Source of the DNA: Chara braunii
Taxonomy: Eukaryota > Plantae > Charophyceae
Direction: 5' to 3'
Length of the DNA: 64,000 bases
NCBI GenBank assembly: GCA_003427395.1
Contig: BFEA01000022.1
Coordinates: forward strand, 5,288,289 to 5,352,288
The position numbers and the translations under genes were made by a program. The notes below the pieces were generated by a model. That model was not told the DNA's origin. It did not search any database and saw only the letters and a list, made by a program, of their open reading frames with translations. This document shows, in pieces, positions 38,823-50,760 of the stretch (its first letter is position 1; each line of letters begins with the position of its first letter).

Positions 38823-39633
38823 GAATGTATGCAATAACCTCATTTCTATTGGTTAATCTCACTTTAGCTATTTTGCGTAAAAAAGCTGAGTTGGGTGTTT
38901 TTTCGTGTTCTTGTAGAAACACGAGTCCCGCTGAGTTGCTTTTTTTTTTTTTTTCGGTGTTCTTCTTTTAGAAAAACATGTTTCGTCCCACGCGTAATGA
39001 TGGAAAGTGGAAAATAAAAAGCGTTTTCGTTTTTTTTTTTTTTAATTTAAATTTATGAAAGCTATAATGAGAAGCCCTATCAGGGCCCCTTCTACGTAAA
39101 AGACAAACGTTTGAAAAGCTTAGCCAAAAAAAAAGAAACGTTTGAAAACGTTAGCAGCACTTGGTACTAATTTGTTTTTTTTATCCCTCCCCCCCCCACC
39201 GGGGGGGGTGGGCGGGGTTGGAAAAGAAGATTATCGAAGAGGTGCAAAAGGCAATACTTGGTATCAAACCGTATTTTCGAGTTATGAATAAGTAAAACGA
39301 TGACGGCTGGGGTAATCACAGTTAACGAAAAAGAGCCCATCAGTTCAAGGCTGGGGTAATCACATTTAACCAAAAAAAGAAGAAAGGGACCCCTTGTCTT
39401 TTTTTTTTTTTTTGGCTTTTTTTTTTTGTTTTTCCTATTCGCCCCGAACAATTGCTCTTACAATGCTCGCAACAGCGCAGGACTTTTTTTTCCGTCCTCT
39501 GAGCAAGCTTGGGCGATTTTTAAATTTTTATTTTTCCTTTCTTTCTTTGGGGAAAAGATACGCAGACCTGTCGGGGACAAAACGCGAGATAAACCCGGGC
39601 TTTCCCTTTTTGCCTGAACTCTGAGACGCACCC

Positions 39634-39810
39634 CTGCATTCCGCATCTGGAGGGTGCGACCGACCAGGTGCATTCCGCGCATCTGCGTTATCCGATTCCG
39701 CGCATCTGCGTTATCCGATTCCGCGCATCTGCGTTATCCCGCCGGCCAGGTCGGCTGCGAATGCACCTGGACCGCCCTGTACCATACATGCATGCAGATG
39801 CGGAATGCCC
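39634..39810. repeat. 23-bp tandem repeat with an inverted partner
   Basis: ATTCCGCGCATCTGCGTTATCCG three times from 39672; GCATTCCGCATCTG (39637) inverted as CAGATGCGGAATGC (39795). Confidence 0.88.
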
Positions 39811-40524
39811 GGGTGTATGCATCTCAGGCACACAAGGGAAAAGACTGATGCATCTCGGTACTTTCCCCTTCTCTTTTTCCACTCCCTTCTGCGCCCTCCC
39901 CTCCCCCCCCGGCGGCTCGCCTTTTCGTTTTGACATTCTAAATGCGAGAAATTTGCCAGCTTGTTCATTTTTATATATACACATTTTCTCCTCTTTTTTT
40001 GTTTTTTTTAATGAAAAGCTGTCTTCTCCTCATCGCTTGCTGCTTGACTTTTTATCGCGATAAATTTCAGACTTTCTCGAGGGAATATACGGCCTCGCTC
40101 TGCTTCTCAAACCTTGGACGTGACACTGGACTGCAGAGTGGACCAAATGCATTCGCACTGATGCAACGTTTCAAACGTATCGGGCCTGTTACCACTCCCA
40201 AATACATCTGGAATCGTGCCCAAAACGCGTCGATTCGATCCGTTGACCTTTGTAATCGACGGAGCATACCGCTATCTCGAGCTGGGTTTTGTGGACGCCC
40301 ACCTATATTTATTTATTCATCTTCTTTCTTCTTCTTCTTCTTCTTCTTCTTCTTCTTCTTCTTCTTCTTTCTTCTCCCTCCACCCTCCGCCTCCTTCCCT
40401 CCCCCCTCTCCCTTCCTTCCCCTCCTCCCGCGCCCCGCGGTCCCCGCTTTTCGCGATTACTCATTCTCTTCTTTTCACCATTATCATCGATCGGTGATGC
40501 CAAGCATGGAGATTATGATAACGG

Positions 40525-40800
40525 TGTAGGCATGGGGTGAGGATTGGGGCGGATCCTCCGTAGGCATGGGGGGAAGGTTGAGGCCGATCCTTTGCAGGCA
40601 TGGGGGGAAGGTTGGGGCCGATCCTTTGTAGTAGGCATGGGGTGAGCATTTGGGCCGATTCTTTGTAGGAATGGGTTGAGTATTGGGGCCGATCCTTCCT
40701 TCGTAGGCACATGGTCCCATCCCTCTAACCCGGACTGTCCGCGGCTCCATCCCTCTAACCCGGATTGTCCGTGGTCCCATCCCTCTAACCCGGATCGCCC
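40525..40800. repeat. Two adjacent minisatellites (about 35 bp and 30 bp)
   Basis: GTAGGCATGGGG...GGGGCCGATCCTT about 5 times, then CCATCCCTCTAACCCGGA three times. Confidence 0.88.
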
Positions 40801-41348
40801 CGGGAATGTGGACCGTCGATTATAGAGAACAGTTTCCGGGCTAAGCGGGAGCTCGCCGTCCCCGGGAGTATATCGTCATAGAGAGCTGCTTACGGTGGGC
40901 CGTAGGCAGAGAGGGGGAAGAGGACAACAAACGAGGGGCTGTGATAGACTGTATATCTATATATGTATGTATGTATATGCATTCTTAGTATCGCAAGTTA
41001 TGATACTTATCTCCCCTCCCTGCCGTTCGCCAATCGTACGTAAGGTGAGTTTTTTTTTGGTTGGGTAATTACTAATTACTAATTACTACTAGTATAACAC
41101 ATTACCGTACATTATGCAGATCAAATTCTGTGACACGATGGTGACCACTTGGAATCTCTGTGATCTTCGATTCGCGCATTCCACTCGCCGACCAGTCGAT
41201 TCCGCGCCGCGCCTGCACGGCGCGCGAATTGACTGCCGTCTGCTTGGGGAACTGACAGTAAGAAGAAAGGAAGGCGGCGGAGGGAGGGACGAGGGGAGGG
41301 GGAACGGGAGGAAGTAGCGGGAGGGCGCACGCTTTGGCGAGTCCGATC

Positions 41349-41444
<96 letters not shown>

Positions 41445-41545
41445 ACTTGCGATTTGGACAATACGTGCGAGGCTTTACTCTCACAGAATACACGTCCTGC
41501 CCATGGCATGCGACAACAACATGTCGCGATCACCCTTCTGCCTCT

Positions 41546-41635
<90 letters not shown>
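41349..41635. repeat. (CA)n and (GA)n microsatellites
   Basis: 41349-41441 and 41549-41635. Confidence 0.97.
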
Positions 41636-41637
<2 letters not shown>

Positions 41638-42351
41638 CCTGTTGGGTTGTTTCCTCTCCGTATTACTGGTGATATCAGTGATAGGGTAGTACACACATCC
41701 GGCCACAGACAGTGGAGAGGTAATTGTGATGCTTCCTTTTGGAGAAGGGTTCTCTTTTCTTTGCCCTGGCACTCGCGATCCGTTGACCCCCTCCCCAACG
41801 GACTATGGCGGGCAACAGCATGTGGGGACTCTCATACAGGATTATCTAGACTGTCGCACAGGATTGTGGGGATTGTCACACAGGACTCTGCAGGCTGTCG
41901 CACAGGACTCTGCAGGCTGTCGCACAGGACTGCATTTCCCAGGCCGTAAATCCGTGTGTGGTAGAGGGTAACGGCAGTGTGACCTGGCCCCTCCCTCCCG
42001 TAGCAGGTAGAGAGGAAAATGGCGCTAGCTAGGTGCCAAGCGCAACCTAAGTACCCTCTCTTTCACCCTCCCGATCACCCTCCCCATAAGCATTCTCGTC
42101 CCCACCCGCATCCCCATCGCCATCCCCATCCCCATCCTCATCCCCATCACCTTTAGCAACCAATACTGCTCACGCTCTATCTGCTTTCCTTTTCCGTCTA
42201 TCTGCCAGTCCCTGGATCTTGGTACATCCTCCAGGAACTTGGTACATCAGCCAGTCCCTGGATCCTTCAACCACCTTCTGGAAACTGACAGGCTTCGATG
42301 AATCCCAGTGCTGGGATGCAATCAATGCGAAGTAGCCCGAGACCTTGATTC

Positions 42352-42484
42352 AGTTGGGTAGGCCTTCCCACCCACCTCTGTCGGCAGGATTGTCTAGTTG
42401 GGTAGGCCTTCCCACCCACCTCTGTCGGCAGGATTGTCTAGTTGGGTAGGCCTTCCCACCCACCTCTGTCGGCAGGATTGTCTA
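42352..42484. repeat. 44-bp perfect tandem repeat, three copies
   Basis: AGTTGGGTAGGCCTTCCCACCCACCTCTGTCGGCAGGATTGTCT at 42352, 42396 and 42440. Confidence 0.95.
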
Positions 42485-44405
42485 AGGTATGGGTCTGGGA
42501 GACGTGTGCTGACGAGGGGAATTGATCATGTCAGGTCTTCGCTTGTGGCAAAGAAATTTCCAGTCCAAGGATCTCGTTAGACACTACTAAAAGAATCCTA
42601 AGAAATTTAGGACGAGTCCTAAAAGACTTTCAGAACTGGCTTCGGCCTGGCTAGAAGAATCCTAAAACTTGAGCTTTTAGGACGGCCAAGGGTTTCCCTT
42701 TAAAAAAAAAGACTTTCAGAACTGGCTGCGTGCTGGTTAGAAGAATNAAAAAAAAAGACTTTCAGAACTGGCTGCGTGCTGGTTAGAAGAATCCTAAAAC
42801 TTGAGCTTTTAGGACGGCCAAGGGTTTCCCTATAAAAAAAAAACTAGTCCTAAAGGTCATCCCGCGGCCAGTTTCATATGTCTGCAAGGAGCCGTGCTGC
42901 CAATGTCCGCCCGCGTCGTCGTCCTGTGTCCGTGGTACACAGGGATGCGAACCCCAGACGCCCGAAGGGTGGGAAAGAAATAAGCGCACGGAAATTTGAA
43001 TTTGAATTCCCTGCGGACTGGCGTACAAAGGCACTGCGCAAGGAGCGTGCAGGGAGGCATGGTTGTGTAGGCGTGCTTGTGTTTCACGTATGGATTCCCC
43101 CCAGTTGTGCAGGGCGTGTAACGCTTTTGAAGGCGGCGAACACAGGCGGGCGGCGAGATGGGTATCGGCAGCAGCGGGTATGTGTTGTCTGCTGAAGTAG
43201 TCCGCCCACAGATCGCCCAAGCTGGAGGCGGTCCACCGGCCCTTCCTCCGCTCGCAAGCCTTCCGCACCAAGCGGTAGACTACAGCGAGGGACACCACAT
43301 GACGTCCCCTGCCAAGGCCCCCACTCCAGTGGCTAACGGTTCTTGCCGTTGCTGTCATCCCGCCGCCGAAGGCCTTCAATGTCTGCGCAGTAGCCCCACA
43401 GACAACTTCTGCGCCACAGAGTTTGCCACATTGCTGCCCTGCGCGTGTAGGCGTATCTCCGCAAAACATGGACTGCCGAATTTTAAAGCTCCTCGGAGCT
43501 TTATTTTTCGGGTCGTTTTGCCTGGGGATTCCTAAAAAAAATAGGAACACTCCTTAGGCTGTTTTCACATTTTTCTTCAGATTTCGTTTTTAGGAAGCTT
43601 CTAACCACAATGCGTTCCTAAGAACTGGCCTTGTTAGGAGTGTCCAAGGAGAGCCTAAAACTGGACCCAATGCTTTGTGGATGGACAGGACAGGGCGCAG
43701 GTGGGGCAGACCTTCCACTTTTAGATTACTCAGTCCCTAGAGCTTGATGAAGGTCCTGGTGTCATGCAAAAACAAAAAGGAAAATATGCTTTAAAAAACA
43801 GAAAAAAGGGAAAAAAAAGGAAAAAAGGGGAAAAGTTCCCGGAAAAAAAGGAAAAAAAGGGGGGAAACAAAGGAAAATAAGCAAAAAAAAAACAGAAAAA
43901 AAGCTAAAAAAAAAAAAGGAAAAAAGGGGGATAAAAGGGAAAAAAAGGGGGAAACAGGGAAAAAGGGAAAACAAAGGAAAACAGAGAATAATAAGGGAAA
44001 AAAATTGAAAGAATAGAAAATAATTTTAAAAAGGAAAAAAAAGAAAAAACTGACAAAAGGGAAAAACAAGGGGGAAAAAGGGAAAAATAAGGGCTAAAAG
44101 AAAGTGAAATGCAGGCAGAATCTTCGTCATATTCAATGTTCTATGGTGACGATCCTGTTGGCCGCCAGAACAAACTGGAAAATGAAAAGGGAAAGGAATG
44201 CAGGCAGGATCTTCAACATCTTCAATGTGTTATCATGAATATCCCGGTGTCATGCAAAAATGTAAACGGAAAAAAAAAGGGGAATGCAGGCAGGATAGTC
44301 ATCATATCATATCCAGTGTTGTACGTTTCTGTCTCCTACCTCCTTGTAACGGAGTATGATGAAGATCCTTCCTGCATTTGCTTTTTTTTAAGTTCTTTTT
44401 CCTTT

Positions 44406-45766
44406 GGGAAAATTGCATCTGTACCCCACTTAAACATGGGAGGACCCACTATACCTAGTGGAGCGCCCAACTTGCATCTATATCCAGACGGTGTCCAACT
44501 TAAGGTAATACCTACTTTTCCTGTGTGCCAACTTATACGGGTACCCAGTCCCATAGGCCCTTGGTTGGGGAGCACAAAATTATGCTCATGCCCAGGAACG
44601 GGGCAGGCGAAACTGGGTATGCACACAACTTGCCTGGGCATGAGCATAATTAGAGCATTCCGGTAGTTGGGTATAATTGCAAATTGGCGGTACAGTCCTT
44701 GGCCCTCCTCTGTCCTGGGTTTACAAATAATTTGCATAGACAATTTTCCGGGTAATGATGCAAGTTGAACACTGGGGCAGCTGGGTATAGTGGGTATTCC
44801 CATCTGCGAGACTACAGGCCTCGGTGAGGCTATTTGGCCTAAGTCCAGCAAACAAGGCCGCTCTAAGTGAAGGCAGGCCTGCTAAGCAATGTGAGGCCTA
44901 TTATGTAAATTCCACTACTGGGGTACCAGGCAGTTACGCAGCGTCAGTTGGTTGAGTGAACCCAGGCTTTGGCTAACTGTATTTTTTTCGGCCTTCTTGG
45001 CCCTTCCGGATTGTATCTGAGGCAGATCCTGGGCCAGACACGAGGCAATTGGACACGCGTAATTGCCCCAGGCCCTGTGGAATATTCCGGCCTGTGCTGG
45101 GGCACGGCCACTTGGGCCTATTGGAAGCTTCTTCGCAGGGCCCCAGACCAGTCGGGCAGCCTGGCAGCCACTTTCCATAAAGGAAAGTACCTGCCCACTG
45201 GTCTGGCATTTGGGCACTCGCTGCTTTAGGCATAAGAGCTGCTGCGCTAGCTGCTGATGCGAGTGCCTACGCACTCACGGGCGAGCAGGGTGAACGCAGG
45301 CAGCCATAGCCGGGCTGGCCTGCGCATTGCTGGATGACACGCATTGTGGTCTTCGGGTGCATGTGGCATCTGTGTGGGGGATCGAGGTTGTGAGTGTGGC
45401 GAGGACATACCTGGTGCTTGATGCGGATGGCATTGGCCGAGATCTGCTCGTACTTCGGAAAGCTGTTGACATCACCGGCAGCATTTGTAGATAGGCTAGA
45501 TAGGATCTGCCAGTTGTAGTCTGGGTGCCGAGCGCCACATAGGCGAACGACATTGGTTCATTGATGGTGATGATGAGACTATTCCAGCATTGCCATTTGT
45601 GAGCTCTGCTGTGCTCTTATTTGGTGTATTCCAAGTTGCAGTTCTGATTTTGGTTCGAGGTCAAGACTATCTGGTTTCATATGTAGTGATGTGGCTTGGT
45701 TTGTGTATTTCGCTATCACTCATTTTTCTTGCACATCTTTAAATGGGGCACAGATGCAATTTTCCC
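44406..45766. mobile_element. Non-autonomous Mutator-like element (MULE)
   Basis: About 29-bp TIRs GGGAAAATTGCATCTGTACCCCACTTAAA / TTTAAATGGGGCACAGATGCAATTTTCCC (2 mismatches); 9-bp flanks TTTTCCTTT / TTTTTCTTT; degenerate CAACTT subterminal repeats. Confidence 0.82.
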
Positions 45767-46417
45767 TTTTTCTTTCCTGTTTTTGAATGACACTGGGCAT
45801 CTGACAGCATTGAAAAGGTAACTTCAGTACAGTCACAAAAACAGTTTGGAATTACCCTTCGGGCATTCCTCCGAACACAACACACCCCCACGTAACCCTA
45901 CCTGGACGGAAAGTTAGCTTGTATACATTGCCCAAACTGCAATTTGAAACTGTCTTTTGCCCAAAGTGTGCTGTCAAACTCTTTTTGTGACTCACCTGTA
46001 GTTTCCCCTAATAATAAAAATCCTGCTTCTTGCTGAAGACGTGGGGTGCAGAGTGGGCGGGTCGGTTGCCTGCTGCAGCATGTGTGCTGCCCAGACCACA
46101 TATCAGACGGGAAGCGCCGAGGGCATACTCACAGTAGCGACTTTTTCAACCATGCTCTGGCTGTAATGGGTCAGATACATACAGGTGTGCCTAAACACCG
46201 ACCACAGATCTGATATTTTGTGGTACGTTTTTTTTTTTTTTTTTTTTTGAGCTGACTACGTCTGTGGCGACAATTCCGAATAGGCAGAAAAAAAACATGT
46301 ACCGGCAGGTCAGGTCACGGGAAGGCAATAAAAGAGGCGCGGCAGTTTCTGATAAGCTTGGATGTCATAACTAGGGGCACTGATAAGCTTGGATGTCATA
46401 ACTAGAGAGTGGCCCCA

Positions 46418-46490
46418 ACTGGCCTAGCTCAGTTGGTACAACTCTGGACAGTTGAAATCCAGACCTGAGTTCGAACTTCACTCGAAGCAG
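46418..46490 (+). mobile_element. tRNA-derived SINE-like head (Pol III A and B boxes)
   Basis: A box TAGCTCAGTTGG 46425-46436; anticodon-like arm CTGGA..TTGAA..TCCAG; B box GAGTTCGAACT 46467-46477; no intact acceptor stem. Confidence 0.62.
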
Positions 46491-46714
46491 ATGAAGCAGA
46501 AAATACTTCAATGTCTCCCCCCCCTTCCTCTAAAACGCAAACACATTTTACTACTCATGAAACAGAGGCTGGGAATTCCTCTACATCTCAACCCGGAAGG
46601 CTGGGGGCATTACCCAGTTTCGGCTTGTGCTGGGAAACCGGGTCCAGCATCCCATTAAATGCAAATCTTCAAGTAAGTTAACAACTGGACTAACTAAATC
46701 AAACAACAAACTTA

Positions 46715-47247
46715 GGGCCTCTCTCTACTTCTCTAGACTCTCAAATTTTTGAGAGTAACGCCTTGCTGCACTTACTCTAGACTCTAGACTTGTACTCACA
46801 AAAACACCCTCTGAGAGCTGTCCGAATGCACTCTCAAAGAGCACTCTCTAGAGTTCACAGGCTACAATGCGATGGTTTTCTAGCAAGATCTGTCCTATCC
46901 CCACTGCGGCCGTCCTGGCCTTTGGAACAGGCTGGCCCTCTAATGGCGCTCTTGAAGTGCTCACGACTTTCTAGAAATGCTGTCAGTAGTTCGTGAGTGC
47001 TTCTGGAGTATGTGAGTCTAGAGTAAGGGCATACTCACACAAGGACTTTTCCTACCAGCTCTGGACGTGATTGCAGTCAGGTGCATCCTGGTTTGGATGT
47101 AATTGCAGTCAGATGCATTCTGGAAAGTGCGAGTGTGAGTATGCCCGAAGTGGAGCGAGGCCTCTTTTTTTGAGAGTTATAGACCTCTGACAGCTTTACA
47201 AGCACTCACAATTTTTTTTGTGAGTCTAGTGTAGTGGACCGAGGCCC
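46715..47247. mobile_element. MITE with imperfect ~30-bp TIRs (Harbinger/Tourist-like)
   Basis: GGGCCTC...CTAGACTCTCAAA / TTTGTGAGTCTAG...GAGGCCC; flanks TTA / TAA. Confidence 0.7.
47027..47146. mobile_element. 120-bp Harbinger mini-MITE nested in the previous MITE
   Basis: Same 14-bp TIR as 10694-14567; flanks TAA / GAA. Confidence 0.82.
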
Positions 47248-47978
47248 TAAGTCTACCACAACCAAACACAGTCATAGAGAGTTACGGAGGGCAATACCGA
47301 AGTCTGCCTCTGTTGTGCCTCTACCACAAGCAAACACAGTCATAGAGAGTTATGGAGGGTAATACCGAAGTCTTCCTCCTCTGTTGTACCGTGCCGAAGA
47401 CAAGATTATACCGCGCGACTACCTTCTTCCCTCGAATACAACATATGGTCATTATAGCTGTATTTAGACTGAAAGATACCCCAAGTACACCTATAAGGAC
47501 CGTACCTTGTATTCGGGCGAAGAAGGTAGTAACGTTCCCACCACCACTGAGGACATCCTCACTGCCAGTTGTAGTGCCGTTATCAATAGCCACTAGGAGC
47601 CTGAGAGTTACCTGTTTCGGTTCTATAGCCACTAGGAGCCTGCGTTACCTACACGGGTTTCCCACCACGCACCCTTGGATCCCCAAAAAGAATCTGGATA
47701 TTTCTGGATATTACCGGTCACAATTGATACAACTCAAGTCTGCTCCCATCTGAGTTTGCGCTGACCATCAGAAGTGCATCCTGTCCGCAAGACTGGTAGC
47801 ATTCCCACCGCCACCTAGGCCACTTTTACTGCTGTCAGAGGCGCCACTACCAGCCGAGCTCTATTACTAGCTCCTGATGGTCTGGCCAGGCATGCTCACC
47901 CATTATCCATCGAGTCTACTAATCAGATCCAACCATGACCCAGTAGAATTCAGCAAAACTTCAACCTCATCCGGTAGG

Positions 47979-48829
47979 CGTTAAAAAAGAAGAAAGAGAG
48001 TAAGTCCAACCAATTTTACCTACTACAAATTCAACAGAAATCAAAAGTTGCTACCAGCCAATAATACCTACAGGGGGAGCAGCAGGAGTCGGCAATCTGT
48101 ATATAGGGTATGGCGTATGCTAGCACGCATACAAGAAGCCCTTGAGGATGTGCCCCATTCACTTATGCCTACCATTCAAATTACCAGGAGGAAGCGCCCA
48201 ATGAGTTGGCACACTACGAAAGGCACCGATGAATACTGTGTAACTCCTGGTTGCTGCAATAATTTCAACAAAGAGCACCATCAAGGAAGCAGAGTCCCTA
48301 CTAATGAGCATCACACCCTTCATTCAAACTGAAGAAGTAACTTGAGAGAAAATGGACAGACCTAGCATTAATTGTGACCACGAACATACCTCCAAAATGA
48401 TACGTTAAAAAAGATGAAAGAGAGTAAGTCCAACCAATTTGACCTACTACAAATTCAACAGAAATCAAAAGTTCCTACCAACCAATGTTACCGACAGGGG
48501 GACCAGCAGGAGTCAGGCAATCTGTATATAGGGTATGGCGTATGCTAGCACGCATACAAGAAGCCCTTGAGGATGTGCCCCATTCACTTGTGCCTACCAT
48601 TCCAATTTCCAGGAGGATGCGCCCAATGAGTTGGCACACTACTAAAGGCACCGATGGATACTGTGTAACTCCCGGTTGCTGCAATAATTCCAACGAAGAG
48701 CACCGTCAAGGAAGCAGAGTCCCTACTAATGAGCATCACACCCTTCATTCAAACTGAAGAGATGTAACTTGAGAGAAAATGGACAGACCTAGGATTAATT
48801 ATGACCAGGAAAATACCTCCAAAATGATA
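47979..48829. repeat. About 424-bp tandem duplication
   Basis: Copies start CGTTAAAAAAGA at 47979 and 48403 and both end CCTCCAAAATGATA. Confidence 0.95.
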
Positions 48830-49249
48830 GAGCGGTGTACTGATGAAATTACACTTGATCTCACAGTTTTCAACTAGACTGTGGGGAAGAGCATCAAACT
48901 TCAAGGCGATGGAACACAACAACAAAATGAACACATAGGTTCGAGGTTATGAGGATAAGGAGCAAAAATGCCAAAAATGTGCATCTCATCGAGGTTATGA
49001 GGATAAGTCCGATAAGGAGTAAAAGTGCCAAAAATGTGCATCTAACCAATGTGTTCTGCTAAGGGCAGATTCTGAACAAGAAGGAGATCCTAATATCAAT
49101 CCCAATCCTAGAATTGAGGCTAACTGCATGCTAAACTCTTAGATATTGCCGAACTAGTGAAGCAGAGCATGTTAACAGAAGCGACGAATGATGATCACAG
49201 TCAAGAGAACGACCACATACTACAGCGTGCCTCAAGGTGCCCTGGCCTA

Positions 49250-49570
49250 GAGCCGGGGATATTTGGCTATTTTGACTGTTCGGCCTGAGGGGTCAGGTTC
49301 GGCCTGTGGGCTCATTCAGTCCTGCCTGGTACCACTGTCGGTGCCAGGCCACTCCAGTCGAGTCCGGTCAGTCCGTTGGGGGCATTCCCCAACTGCAGTT
49401 CGTTTTCAGTCTCTTTCTTCATTTGCACAGTTTGGAGTACGTGCGTGTTGAGTATGCGTTGGAGCTGTGCTGTCAATTCCAGCTCAATCTCCATCTCCCC
49501 CATCCTCATCCCTTCGTCTTGATCTTGACGGACCGCCATCCTGGCGGGTCCGTCACACTGGTATCAGAGC
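49250..49570 (+). mobile_element. LTR 3' end plus tRNA-Met(i) primer-binding site
   Basis: ...CCGTCACA (49557), one base, then TGGTATCAGAGC (49559-49570); left boundary uncertain. Confidence 0.8.
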
Positions 49571-50760
49571 GGCGGGTTCGTCACACCAGTATCAGAGCGG
49601 GAACGGTCGCCGCTTCCACCCATCCCATCCGGCGAGTGGTGAGAAAATGGCGTGAGTCTCGATAGCGGGATTTTGGCCGTCTTTCAGAGCCAGAAGACGG
49701 AAAACAGCAGGAAAAGTGAGCATCGCTGAGTGTCGCATGCGCACGCGCCACATGTCCCACTGTCCCGCCCCACCCCACTCCAAGATTTATATTATATCAA
49801 TATTGGGGAGTGCAGCTGCCGGGATTTGAACCTGGGCAGCTGCCAGCCATGCGTGTGCATAGCCAATGTCCTTGTAGTGTGGCACATTGGTGATGAAGAG
49901 TGCCATGCCAGCTATTTACCCACCCTCCCACGCCCCCTTAACCCCGCCTGCGAGCACTGGCTAATACGACAGCAGCAGGTGGGCTGCTTTTTGTGCGCTT
50001 CCCCCCCTACAGTTGACGCCGAAAAATTCCAACAGCATTTCCGCGTCACCGCCAAAACGCACAGCTGCCGCCGCAAAATTTCGGCAGCGCTTCCGCGTCA
50101 CCGCCAAAAAGCACAGCTGCCGCTGCAAAATTTCGGCAGCGCTTCCCCTACACACTTCTCAAAAATGGATGCCGCCGCCGAAAAAGTCACGCAGCATATC
50201 CCCTACACTCCTCCAAGTGCAGCGGCAGCTATGACTGCCCTCACTCTCACGCTCCCTGCGGACCTCCAGCGCTTTTCTCTCTCTCCATCCCGCTGAGATG
50301 GCGGCTATGGCTGTGTTCCCCAGCTATGGCCACCTCCAGCAATCCTCCCCTCTCTCTCTTGCGGACCTCACTCAGCTCTTTCTCACTCCACCAGCAGCTC
50401 CTCCTCCAGCAGCCAGCATTCACTCAAGTGGAGTGCCAGTAGCACCAGCTACAAATGAATGTTGGCTGGCTGGCTGCTGGCTTGTTTTATAGCTGGCTGG
50501 AGGCTGAGGGCAACTGCTTTGCCCCCAGCCAAAACTCGGAGTGAGGCCAGGCCCTTGATCTCAGACGAGATCAAGGGCTGGAAATCTTGATGTTCCCCTA
50601 GGGGAACCAAGTTCCAGGCTTTGGTAATGCATCTGGCCGTTACCCCCGGCCAGACGCAGCTTCAACTGGCTGTATAGAGCCAGATAGAGCAGACTGTTGA
50701 GGTTCAACAGTCTGCTATCATCTCACGGTCCAGATGCTTCTACTCCAGCATCTGGCCCTG

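Noticed and set aside
42783-43550. 255-aa ORF as a real gene
   Set aside because: No recognisable domain; both ends run into CCTAAAA/TTTTAGG-type repeats, so it is more likely the interior of an unclassified DNA element.
43757-45795. hAT-like element with GTGTCATGCAAAA / TTTTGAATGACAC termini around the MULE
   Set aside because: The inverted motif is present, but there are two candidate left ends and no matching 8-bp TSD.
49809-49845. tRNA gene on the minus strand (GGTTCAAATCC B box)
   Set aside because: Only a B-box-like loop in a GCAGCTGC hairpin; no A box or cloverleaf. The same applies to GGTTCAAGCC near 1087.
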